Positions 21,451-30,141 of a stretch of DNA of 64,000 nt are shown piece by piece (position 1 is the first letter of the stretch; every line of letters starts with the position of its first letter). The notes under the pieces are model-generated. The model did not search any database. It had not been told where the DNA came from and worked only from the letters and a program-made list of their open reading frames with translations. Made by a program: the position numbers and the translations under genes. The DNA comes from Rhodobacterales bacterium (lineage in GTDB: Bacteria; Pseudomonadota; Alphaproteobacteria; Rhodobacterales; Rhodobacteraceae): assembly GCA_045046705.1 (NCBI GenBank), contig JASFZB010000007.1, positions 438 through 64,437 of the forward strand. Direction: 5' to 3'.

Positions 21451-23580
21451 ATGAACACATCTGATACGAAATATGCAATTGAACTATCCAATGACGGTGT
21501 ATCGTTGTGGCATCGCTTGGCAAGCGGGGGATGGGATTTATTGGGGAAGGTTGCACTTGGCGAACCTGATTTTTCTGAAAAAATTGCGGTGCTCAAGAAA
21601 AAATACATCCCAAAAGACGGCAGCAAATTGGTTGCCGAAGTGCGCATTCCACGCTCCGAGGTTTTCATCTCGAAGCTGAATCTTGAAGGCGCATCGGGCG
21701 ATGCCGCCACATCGAAAATCAACCGTTTCCTTGAAAAAAATACACCTTATAAAGCCAAAGATCTTGTCATAGACCAGATCACAAACATGGCGACTGACAA
21801 AACTTGTTTGGCGGCGATAACAAAACAAACTCTGAAGGAAGCCAGTGATTTTGTTTCCGGCTATGGGTTTCGTGCCGCTTACTACACCACAACGCTTGAT
21901 AAAGCCGATTTCCCCAGAGACCTGAAATTTTATGATGGCAAGCGTCCGGATATAGCCCCGCCCGGCGCACCTAAAGTGCCACCGCTTACAAACAAACCTG
22001 CACAGGAAATGCCATTAACTGCGCCAGTTAAACCCGACTTGAGTGGTTTTAAAACTGTGCGTAGCAAGTTACTGGTTACACCCGAGATACGCCCCGGCAA
22101 GACCAGCTCCCTACCTCCAAGGCCGCCCTCGCCAACCCCGCGCAGACGTATTTCAATCGATTTGCCGAAACAAAAAGAAACCACCACCCCGGCTTTAGCA
22201 ACGGCACCTGTAACGGCGCCGTTGAAAATGCCTCTGGGCGAAGCCAATACGGCCCATAAGGGCAGCTTCTTCAACCCGCGCATCCTTTTCCTGATTGCCG
22301 CCATCGTCGTTGCAGCTGTGTTGTATTGGTTTTATATTACCCTGTTTGATGGCAAAACGGAAATTTCGCAGCGGCAACAAATTTCCGATACGAAACCCGT
22401 TGCAGTGTCAGAGCCGCATGGATTGACCTATCAAATTGCACCGGATGCGGCCCCGTATGTGGACAGCACATCTAGTGGCGATACCACTCTAAATTCAAAC
22501 TCTGAATCAAAGATCGCCCTGCCCAAACCGGAACCGCTTGAAACAGCGCAAGACAGGACTGATATCAAGGTTGGAAGCATAGCCCGCCCCCCGAAACCAC
22601 CGGCACAAGTTATTGCACCCACGCCGGCTGCACCTAAAGCGACCCGGCAACCCGATGCACCCGAAACAGCCGCACAAGCGGTGACTGACGCGATTGCCGC
22701 CACAACCACAGCCGAACTAACCCCGACCAAAGAAGGCACCGCAGGGCCTGAAGGGATCAGATTATATCTAGGCCAACCCGATATTATGCCGCCGCGCCGA
22801 GAACAGTTGAAAGTGTCGACTGATCCGTTGAAAAACATCCCGCCTAAAATGCGCAGCGCGGAATTCGAAAACAATCATAAAGCCGAAGTACCGCTTGAAA
22901 CCACGCCAAATGCCGTTACCGAAACGGCGCCAACACCCCCGCCCGATGCGGATGTAACCACACCGGATGCCCCCGACCTATTGGCCTCGGCTGATCCTGC
23001 ATTGAAAACCATATTACCCAAACCACGCCCATCTGCCATTGCAAGGATTGCGCATGACGCGCAAAACTCTTTGCTTGCCAAAGCAGACCCCGCCCTTGCC
23101 AGTTCCAAGCCTAGGCGCAGACCCGCCAATTTGGCGGTTGCCAAGCCGCAAACCATCAACCCTTCCGAAATTGATAGAGCCATTCAACAGGCAAACAATG
23201 ACAACGTGCGCCCTCGCACCCGACCAAAAAATCTTCCATCCACGGCTGCAAAAGCCAACCGCAATGGCCGCCCTGTTCAGACCGCCGCATTATCCCCCGC
23301 CAGCGCACGCGGCACATCGGTTGCAAGCCCCGGGGCATCACCCGTAAACATCCAGAAAGAAGCAACAGAAAAGACCGGCTTAAAGAAAAGGCGTATATTG
23401 CTGATCGGGGTGTTTGGATCACCTGCAACACGGCGTGCCATGTTACGGATGCCAAGTGGCCGGTTTGTAACGGTAAAACCGGGGCAAAAAATAAGTGGCT
23501 GGAAAGTTGCCGCCATTGGTGAAAGCTCGGTTCGGATCACAAAAGGCAGTCGAAATCAGGTGTTGCGGATGCCCAAATAG
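21451..23580 (+). CDS. Rhodobacterales bitopic protein with Pro/Ala-rich linker and C-terminal PilP-like domain
   Basis: One TM (ILFLIAAIVVAAVLYWFY); C-terminus LLIGVFGSPATRRAMLRMPSGRFVTVKPGQKISGWKVAAIGESSV resembles the PilP/GspC-HR-like domain. Confidence 0.7.
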   Translation: MNTSDTKYAIELSNDGVSLWHRLASGGWDLLGKVALGEPDFSEKIAVLKKKYIPKDGSKLVAEVRIPRSEVFISKLNLEGASGDAATSKINRFLEKNTPYKAKDLVIDQITNMATDKTCLAAITKQTLKEASDFVSGYGFRAAYYTTTLDKADFPRDLKFYDGKRPDIAPPGAPKVPPLTNKPAQEMPLTAPVKPDLSGFKTVRSKLLVTPEIRPGKTSSLPPRPPSPTPRRRISIDLPKQKETTTPALATAPVTAPLKMPLGEANTAHKGSFFNPRILFLIAAIVVAAVLYWFYITLFDGKTEISQRQQISDTKPVAVSEPHGLTYQIAPDAAPYVDSTSSGDTTLNSNSESKIALPKPEPLETAQDRTDIKVGSIARPPKPPAQVIAPTPAAPKATRQPDAPETAAQAVTDAIAATTTAELTPTKEGTAGPEGIRLYLGQPDIMPPRREQLKVSTDPLKNIPPKMRSAEFENNHKAEVPLETTPNAVTETAPTPPPDADVTTPDAPDLLASADPALKTILPKPRPSAIARIAHDAQNSLLAKADPALASSKPRRRPANLAVAKPQTINPSEIDRAIQQANNDNVRPRTRPKNLPSTAAKANRNGRPVQTAALSPASARGTSVASPGASPVNIQKEATEKTGLKKRRILLIGVFGSPATRRAMLRMPSGRFVTVKPGQKISGWKVAAIGESSVRITKGSRNQVLRMPK

Positions 23581-23581
23581 C

Positions 23582-24964
23582 TTATAGCAACAGGATAGAG
23601 GCCAGCCCCAGGAATGCGAAAAACCCCACAATATCGGTGACTGTAGTCACAAACGCCCCGGATGCCAGCGCAGGATCAATCCCGATTTTATCCAGCCCCA
23701 ACGGCACCAATATGCCCGCAAGCCCGGCAACAACCAGATTGCCTACCATCGCCAACCCCAAAACCACCCCCAGCATCGGCAACGCGTACCAGTAGTACCC
23801 GATGATGCCGATAATAAAGGCAAATAGCAAACCGTTCAGCAGGCCGACAAACAATTCACGCCGGATAATCCGCCATGCGTTGGCGGGTGTCAGGTCTTTG
23901 GTGGCTAGCGCCCGCACAGCAACGGTCAGGGTTTGGGTTCCCGCATTGCCCCCCATCGAGGCCACAATCGGCATCAGCACCGCCAAGGCTACGATGGCTT
24001 TGATGGTTGCGGAAAACTGCGCAATGACAATAGACGCTCCGATCGCTGTCACAAGATTGACCGCCAACCACGGGAAACGTTGGCGGCTGGTTGACAGGAT
24101 GTTGTCGGTCAGGCTTTCGTCGCCGACACCGGCCAGACGCTTTATGTCCTCTTCCGCGTGTTCATCCAGCACTTCCATGGCATCGTCTATGGTAATGACA
24201 CCGACAAGACGGTTGTCCGCATCGACAACGGGGGCAGACACCATGTTATACTGGTTGAACGCATAGGCCACATCTTCCTGATCCTGTAATACAGGGATGG
24301 TACGAAACTCTTCATCCATAATATCGGTCAGTTTGGTATCACGCGCAGACGACATCAGGCTGGACAGGGGCACCTTGCCGACAGGCCGCAGCTTAGGGTC
24401 AACGATCATGACGTCATAAAACTGTTCCGGCAGGTCTTTATCAGAGCGCAGATCATCAATAACCTCGCCCACCGTCCAATGCTCCGGGGCCATGACCAAC
24501 TCGCGCTGCATCATGCGGCCGGCGGAATACTCCGGGTATTGCAAGGCATGTTCAACAGCCGCCCGGTCAGAGCTGTCCAATGCCCCCAAAACCCGTTCCT
24601 GTTGTGGCTCGTCCAGATCCTCGATCAGATCGACGACATCGTCGGTTTCCAGATCCTTGACCGCTTCGGTAACTGTCTCGTCGGACAGATCCTCGAACAC
24701 ATCGTCCAGCAGGCCTTCGTCCATTTCGGCTAGAACTTCGCCATCGAAATCCTTGCCCCAAAGCGCGATAAAGGCAGATCTTTCCTTGGGGCTGATCTGT
24801 TCATAAATGTCGGCAATGTCGGCGGCGTGAAACGGCGCAAGCAAGGTGACAAGCGCATCCCGGTCGCGGGCATCTACCGCATCCAGAACAGCATCGATTA
24901 AAGTGCCGTCGATTTCATAAGCGCGATCCGTATCTTCGGTATCATGAACATCTGTATCTGACAT
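23582..24964 (-). CDS. mgtE: Magnesium transporter MgtE
   Basis: Acidic N-domain, CBS pair (SAGRMMQRE, PVVDADNRLVGVITIDD), QRFPWL, MGGNAGTQ and DPALASGAFVTTVTD motifs. Confidence 0.95.
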   Translation of the reverse strand: MSDTDVHDTEDTDRAYEIDGTLIDAVLDAVDARDRDALVTLLAPFHAADIADIYEQISPKERSAFIALWGKDFDGEVLAEMDEGLLDDVFEDLSDETVTEAVKDLETDDVVDLIEDLDEPQQERVLGALDSSDRAAVEHALQYPEYSAGRMMQRELVMAPEHWTVGEVIDDLRSDKDLPEQFYDVMIVDPKLRPVGKVPLSSLMSSARDTKLTDIMDEEFRTIPVLQDQEDVAYAFNQYNMVSAPVVDADNRLVGVITIDDAMEVLDEHAEEDIKRLAGVGDESLTDNILSTSRQRFPWLAVNLVTAIGASIVIAQFSATIKAIVALAVLMPIVASMGGNAGTQTLTVAVRALATKDLTPANAWRIIRRELFVGLLNGLLFAFIIGIIGYYWYALPMLGVVLGLAMVGNLVVAGLAGILVPLGLDKIGIDPALASGAFVTTVTDIVGFFAFLGLASILLL

Positions 24965-25100
24965 ATCAACCTCCCCGCGCATTGCTTGCAGCCTTATAAC
25001 AGCTTGTCCCGCTTCAACAACGCAAATTGCGAAAATTCAAAAAGGTTTACGCACCCCGTGATGCAGCCTATCATCAAAGCATAGATAACAGGGCCACAAA

Positions 25101-26489
25101 ATGCCGCTAAAACAGCCAAAACAAAGCATAAATTCACTAGCTGATTTGCGCCGCTCGGCTATTAAAGCCCATCAAAACAACGATCTTGAGCAGGCTCGGG
25201 CGCGGTACCGGATCTATTTGAAAAACAACCCCGAGGATGCGGCCATGTGGTCCAATCTAGGGGCCTTGTTTCGTACGCAAAAAAACTATGATATGGCCGT
25301 AGCCGCACAAATCCGCGCTTTGGAACTAGCCCCCGGGGCACCGACCTTGATGAACAATGCCGCCAACGCCTTTTATGACGCGGGCCAGATTGAAAAAGCC
25401 CTGAAGCTGCGTGAAAAGATCATCGCGCTTGAGCCGGATAATCCCGATCATTATGCAAGTTTGGGTAAATGCTATCGCGGGGTGCATCAGTTAGATAAGG
25501 CGCGCAACATTCTGAACCAAGGCATCGAAAAATTTCCCGATTTTGCCGAAAGCCACATTCAACTGGCTTTTGTGCAACTGGCAATGGGCCACTATCCGCA
25601 AGGGTTCAAGTCGTTCAACTGGCGCTGGCAGGGGGACGAATTATCGCCGCCGGATTTCACTTGCCCGCAATGGGCGGGGGAACCCCTAAAAGGCAAAACC
25701 CTAACGATTATCCCGGAACAGGGCTTTGGCGATACCGTCCTGATGGCCCGCTTTCTACCTGCGCTAAATCAGCAGGGCGCAACGCTGAAAATGGCGGTCA
25801 AACCGCCCCTTAGGCGTTTGTTTTCCAACATTGAAAGCTTTGTGGAATTTGTCGACACGAATCCAAGCCGGAAAAATAGTGATTACTGGGCACCGATGAT
25901 GGATCTGCCGCTTTACCTGAATGCGACACTTGCAACCCTGCCAAAGCCGACCTCTCTGTTCATACCCGATGATGCAACCAAACGGGCACGCAGGATCACC
26001 GCCCCCTATCAAGACCGTTTCAAACTTGGTGTGATGTGGTCTGGCTCGGTGACCTACCGCGCCAATCACAAACGCTCTTTCAGTCACCGGTGTTTTTTAG
26101 AGCTTTGCGACATCCCCGGCTTGCAAATGTTTTCCCTCTACAAAGGCCCGCTGTTGCCAGAGTTCGATGCGGACGGAACCTCGGCCATTATCGTCAATGC
26201 TGCCGCCTCTGACCGCGATTTTGCCGATACTGCCGCACTGATGCGCGCGCTGGATCTGGTGGTGACAATGGATAGTGCCGTGGCCCATATAGCGGGGTCT
26301 TTGGGGATCGAGGTCTGGAACCTGCTGCATTCCGAAGCCTACTGGCTGTATGAACCCTACCCCGATCACACCCCGTGGTACCCATCCATGCGGTTGGTAA
26401 GGCAGAAAAAATCAGGGGATTGGGACGGTGTTTTCAAGATATTGCATACCGACATCACAACCCGCATTGCAGATAAGGCACAAACATGA
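25101..26489 (+). CDS. TPR-repeat plus GT-B (GT9-like) glycosyltransferase
   Basis: N-terminal TPR helices; EQGFGDTVLMARF, DFADTAALMRALDLVVTMDSAVAHIAGSLG and PWYPSMRLVRQ motifs. Confidence 0.85.
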   Translation: MPLKQPKQSINSLADLRRSAIKAHQNNDLEQARARYRIYLKNNPEDAAMWSNLGALFRTQKNYDMAVAAQIRALELAPGAPTLMNNAANAFYDAGQIEKALKLREKIIALEPDNPDHYASLGKCYRGVHQLDKARNILNQGIEKFPDFAESHIQLAFVQLAMGHYPQGFKSFNWRWQGDELSPPDFTCPQWAGEPLKGKTLTIIPEQGFGDTVLMARFLPALNQQGATLKMAVKPPLRRLFSNIESFVEFVDTNPSRKNSDYWAPMMDLPLYLNATLATLPKPTSLFIPDDATKRARRITAPYQDRFKLGVMWSGSVTYRANHKRSFSHRCFLELCDIPGLQMFSLYKGPLLPEFDADGTSAIIVNAAASDRDFADTAALMRALDLVVTMDSAVAHIAGSLGIEVWNLLHSEAYWLYEPYPDHTPWYPSMRLVRQKKSGDWDGVFKILHTDITTRIADKAQT

Positions 26490-26875
26490 GCGATATTCTG
26501 ATCCCGATCTCGGTCGGTGAACTGCTGGACAAACTGACCATATTGCAGATCAAATCAGACAATATCACCGATGTGGAAAAACTGGCCAATGTCGCCGTGG
26601 AACGTACCGCATTGCAAACTGTCGCCGACGCACAAATCCCGAGAACACAAGAATTGCAATCACTGACCGCCGCCCTTCTGAATGTGAATAAACGTTTGTG
26701 GGCCATCGAAGATGACATTCGCGATTGCGAACGGGCGGGCGATTTTGGCGAAGATTTTATCCGCCTCGCCCGTGCGGTTTATGTCACCAATGACAAACGC
26801 GCCAAATTGAAAAAACAGATCAGTTTGGCCACGGGCTCCCCCCTGATCGAAGAAAAATCCTACACCAAGTATTAG
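26486..26875 (+). CDS. DUF6165-family protein
   Basis: PISVGELLDKLTILQIK, VNKRLWAIEDDIR, LARAVYVTNDKR and EEKSY motifs; 4-bp overlap with the TPR-GT stop. Confidence 0.8.
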   Translation: MSDILIPISVGELLDKLTILQIKSDNITDVEKLANVAVERTALQTVADAQIPRTQELQSLTAALLNVNKRLWAIEDDIRDCERAGDFGEDFIRLARAVYVTNDKRAKLKKQISLATGSPLIEEKSYTKY

Positions 26876-26905
26876 GCAGTTCTGGTCGGTTCAGTTTAGA
26901 AAATT

Positions 26906-27304
26906 CTAATCCCCGCCTTCAAAGCCGTCTGTTCCGGTAACTTCGGGCGCAATTGCGCCCCCGGTGTGAACCTTGATTTTATCCTTCTTTGGCGGGTGAA
27001 TGCAACTCTTAGGAATCGATTTGGTAGCGTATGGCACTGTAGTTTTTCCATATTTTGATATCAGGGAAATATTTTTCTCAACCTGATACTTAACAAGCCT
27101 CCATCTGCCATTTTCGCACACATATAAATCTGTCCTAGATGCGGCAATTCCCATTGAAGTTCTGTCCTCAATAGTTTCTATAAGATAGGTAGTCCCGTCG
27201 TAAGTGTGCTTACTTAATGTCCGCGTGGGGCCATCATACACATTTTCACACCCCACAAGGCCAATGAAAGCAATGCCCAGCAGCGTCGTATTGATCATTC
27301 GCAT
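26906..27304 (-). CDS. Hypothetical lipoprotein
   Basis: AAAGGGGGG RBS; MRMINTTLLGIAFIGLVG-C lipobox; AT-rich coding sequence. Confidence 0.6.
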   Translation of the reverse strand: MRMINTTLLGIAFIGLVGCENVYDGPTRTLSKHTYDGTTYLIETIEDRTSMGIAASRTDLYVCENGRWRLVKYQVEKNISLISKYGKTTVPYATKSIPKSCIHPPKKDKIKVHTGGAIAPEVTGTDGFEGGD

Positions 27305-27466
27305 CTTGTATCCCCCCTTTATGTTAAATTGTTTGATCTTCAAAAACAGCCGCATAATAATGTCGCTTATAGATCAGCATACCATAAAAAGCCGATTTAT
27401 CCGATCACAAAAAATTGAGTAACATAAAAGACGTCTAATTTTTAGGCAAAAAACCGATCACAAGGC

Positions 27467-28804
27467 TTACATGAATTTCGCCAGCAGCCGGTTTTGATGT
27501 TCCACGATTTTACCCAGTTCCACGCCCGTTAAATGCCCGGCGCGCACCACAGCACGGCCCTCGACATATAGGTCGCGTACATTATGCGGGCCGGTTAAAA
27601 CCAGTGCCGCTACCGGATCCCAAGACCCTGCCGTAGCAATGCCGCTGGTCATGTCCCATATCGCGAAATCAGCGCGTTTGCCGACTTCCAAAGACCCGCA
27701 ATCATCGCGTCCCAGCACTTGCGCGCCGCCCAGCGTGGCGATCTCCAGCACCTCGCGCGCCGACATTGCATCGGCACCGTTTTGCACCCTTTGCAACAGC
27801 AGGGCTTGACGCGCCTCGTCCAGCAAATGACCTGCGTCGTTAGAGGCCGAGCCATCCACACCCAAGCCCACCTTAACGCCCCCGTCACGCATCATGCGCA
27901 CCGGCGCAATCCCTGATCCAAGGCGGCAATTAGAACAGGGGCAATGCGCCACGCCGGTGCCCGTACGCGCAAACAAATCCATTTCCTGCGCATCCAGTTT
28001 TACACAATGCGCATGCCAGACATCCTTGCCCGTCCAGCCCAGGCTTTCGGCATATTGCCCCGGACGGCAGCCGAATTTTTCCAGAGAATAGGCAATGTCT
28101 TCATCGTTTTCCGCCAGATGCGTGTGCAACATCACCCCCTTGTCTCGGGCCAGAATAGCACTGTCGCGCATCAATTCGCGGCTGACCGAAAACGGGGAAC
28201 AAGGGGCAATACCCACACGCACCATCGCGCCATCCCTGGCATCGTGATGCGCATCAATCACACGGATACAATCGTTCAGAATATCGGCCTCTTTTTCGCA
28301 CATGGCATCGGGCGGCAAGCCGCCGTCACTTTCGCCAATGCTCATGGAGCCGCGGGTCGGATGAAACCGGATGCCGATGGTTTTGGCAGCGTCAATGCTA
28401 TCTTCCAGCCGCACACCTTTGGGGAAGTGATACAGATGATCGGACGATAATGTGCAGCCCGACAAGGCCAGCTCGGCCAACCCCACTTGTGCGGAGACAA
28501 ACATCTCTTCCGGCCCGAATTTTTGCCAGATCGGGTAAAGCGATTGCAACCAGCCGAACAACAGCGCATCTTGGCCGCCCGGCACCGCACGGGTCAGGGT
28601 TTGTGACAGGTGGTGATGCGTGTTCACAAGGCCGGGTGTCACCACACAGCCATTTGCATTCACGGTTTCATCCCCAGTCAGGCCCTGACCTATTGCCTCA
28701 ATCACACCGCCGACAATGCGTATATCGGCCCTGTTCAGCTCTTCGCGCTGCGCGTTCATAGTAACAATAACGTCGGCGTTTTTTATCACCAGTGACGTGG
28801 CCAT
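27467..28804 (-). CDS. 8-oxoguanine deaminase-like amidohydrolase
   Basis: PGLVNTHHHLSQ, APCSPFSVS, LHTHLAE, WHAHCV, CPCSNCRLGSG and GLGVDGSASND motifs. Confidence 0.88.
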   Translation of the reverse strand: MATSLVIKNADVIVTMNAQREELNRADIRIVGGVIEAIGQGLTGDETVNANGCVVTPGLVNTHHHLSQTLTRAVPGGQDALLFGWLQSLYPIWQKFGPEEMFVSAQVGLAELALSGCTLSSDHLYHFPKGVRLEDSIDAAKTIGIRFHPTRGSMSIGESDGGLPPDAMCEKEADILNDCIRVIDAHHDARDGAMVRVGIAPCSPFSVSRELMRDSAILARDKGVMLHTHLAENDEDIAYSLEKFGCRPGQYAESLGWTGKDVWHAHCVKLDAQEMDLFARTGTGVAHCPCSNCRLGSGIAPVRMMRDGGVKVGLGVDGSASNDAGHLLDEARQALLLQRVQNGADAMSAREVLEIATLGGAQVLGRDDCGSLEVGKRADFAIWDMTSGIATAGSWDPVAALVLTGPHNVRDLYVEGRAVVRAGHLTGVELGKIVEHQNRLLAKFM

Positions 28805-28839
28805 TCGGGGTATCCTTGCGCTGTGTCTACAAATCGGTG

Positions 28840-28856
28840 GTTAATCCCTGATTAAC
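28840..28856. promoter_or_regulatory. Perfect palindrome GTTAATC-CCT-GATTAAC (also a CtrA-type TTAA-N7-TTAAC)
   Basis: Seen directly, 36 bp upstream of the deaminase start. Confidence 0.55.
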
Positions 28857-28908
28857 ATCCAATTTGTAGACACACTACATGGATAATTTTGAAACAGTTT
28901 CAAAGTGC

Positions 28909-30012
28909 CTAGCGGACGTAAAACGCATCCCTGAAGCCCGATTTTCTGGCCGAGTTCATTGCCAGCCTAAGCCGGTTTGACGATTCAAACGGGCCTAGAA
29001 ATACCACCTTATAGGACTGCCCATTGCGGCTGACCGCACGCGAGCTGACCGGCAATCCACGCGACTGGAAATGTGAAATGGTTTTTCTGGCATTCGTCGG
29101 ATTTCCAAAGGTGCCGATTTGAACGAACCGCGCTGACGGGGCAGCCCTAGAGGCGGTTTTCTGCGGCGATTTTGTCGAAATGTTTGTAGCATAAGAAACG
29201 CTTCTTGCAACTTGCTTCGCGCGCACCCGCTTTATCAGCCTGCGTGGCACCGTGTTAGACCAAACCAGTTCCATTTGCGCGTCGCCCCGCGCCGTTACAT
29301 CCCCGTCTATCATTGTCGGGTACAGGGTCAGTTTATGCACAGGGTCAACCGCACGAACGGTTTTTGTCCGCACAGTTCTTTGCGGTCTGGTACTTGCTAT
29401 ATTATAACGGGTTCCATATTGCATAACGGGGTTTGCATCCGCGTATTTGGAGGGTGCAAGACTGTATGCGTTCCCGCCCATTATGACGTTGCCACCTTTA
29501 GGCAGTGATTGCGCCCCTGAATACACAATTTTGCGCGGTGCTTTGGGTGCAGGGCTTGGGGGGGTATATCTTGCCTGATACGGCTTTTTGGTAGGCGTTG
29601 GGGTCAGAACGATCGTCTGGTAAACTTTGGGTTTCTTTTTGAACACAGGTTTAGCCGGGGGCGTTACAACAGTCGCGACAGGGGTTTTCGCTGCTACCTT
29701 GGCTTTCGGCGTTTTCAGGCGTGTTGCAGGTTGGCCGGTAATCGCGGCAAGTTGTGCCGGTGACAACGATGGCTTGTTGTGTGCATTGCAAAACACCTGC
29801 CGTTTACGATTGACCCTTGGCACCCAAGAGATGTGGTTTCCAAAGCCTGCTTTAATATAAACGCAGCCCTGCGAGTCCACATATTGTTTACCGCGAAAAC
29901 TGGCGGGCGGCAGCTCTGCCGGGCCAGTATCCGACTGGATCGAACGCGAATATCCGGCACCACCAAAGGATATAATCCCTATGGCCAGTATCATTATTTT
30001 GTTTTTCAACAT
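28909..30012 (-). CDS. SPOR-domain periplasmic protein
   Basis: Signal peptide; N-terminal QYVDSQGCVYIKAG...WVPRV motif; C-terminal SPOR domain (FVQIGTFGNPTNA...VFLGPF). Confidence 0.85.
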   Translation of the reverse strand: MLKNKIMILAIGIISFGGAGYSRSIQSDTGPAELPPASFRGKQYVDSQGCVYIKAGFGNHISWVPRVNRKRQVFCNAHNKPSLSPAQLAAITGQPATRLKTPKAKVAAKTPVATVVTPPAKPVFKKKPKVYQTIVLTPTPTKKPYQARYTPPSPAPKAPRKIVYSGAQSLPKGGNVIMGGNAYSLAPSKYADANPVMQYGTRYNIASTRPQRTVRTKTVRAVDPVHKLTLYPTMIDGDVTARGDAQMELVWSNTVPRRLIKRVRAKQVARSVSYATNISTKSPQKTASRAAPSARFVQIGTFGNPTNARKTISHFQSRGLPVSSRAVSRNGQSYKVVFLGPFESSNRLRLAMNSARKSGFRDAFYVR

Positions 30013-30141
30013 CTCGTACCCCCAAGATATGGTGGTAAAATGCCTATATTTTCATGAATAGTAAAGAAATTTCTTGGAAAACAGGCAACATTTAGCGGGT
30101 ATTCAAGCGGGATCAGGATTTACTTACATAAAGCCTGCGAT

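Noticed and set aside
21451-23580. Type IV pilus operon
   Set aside because: No pilin, secretin, platform or ATPase genes in the window.
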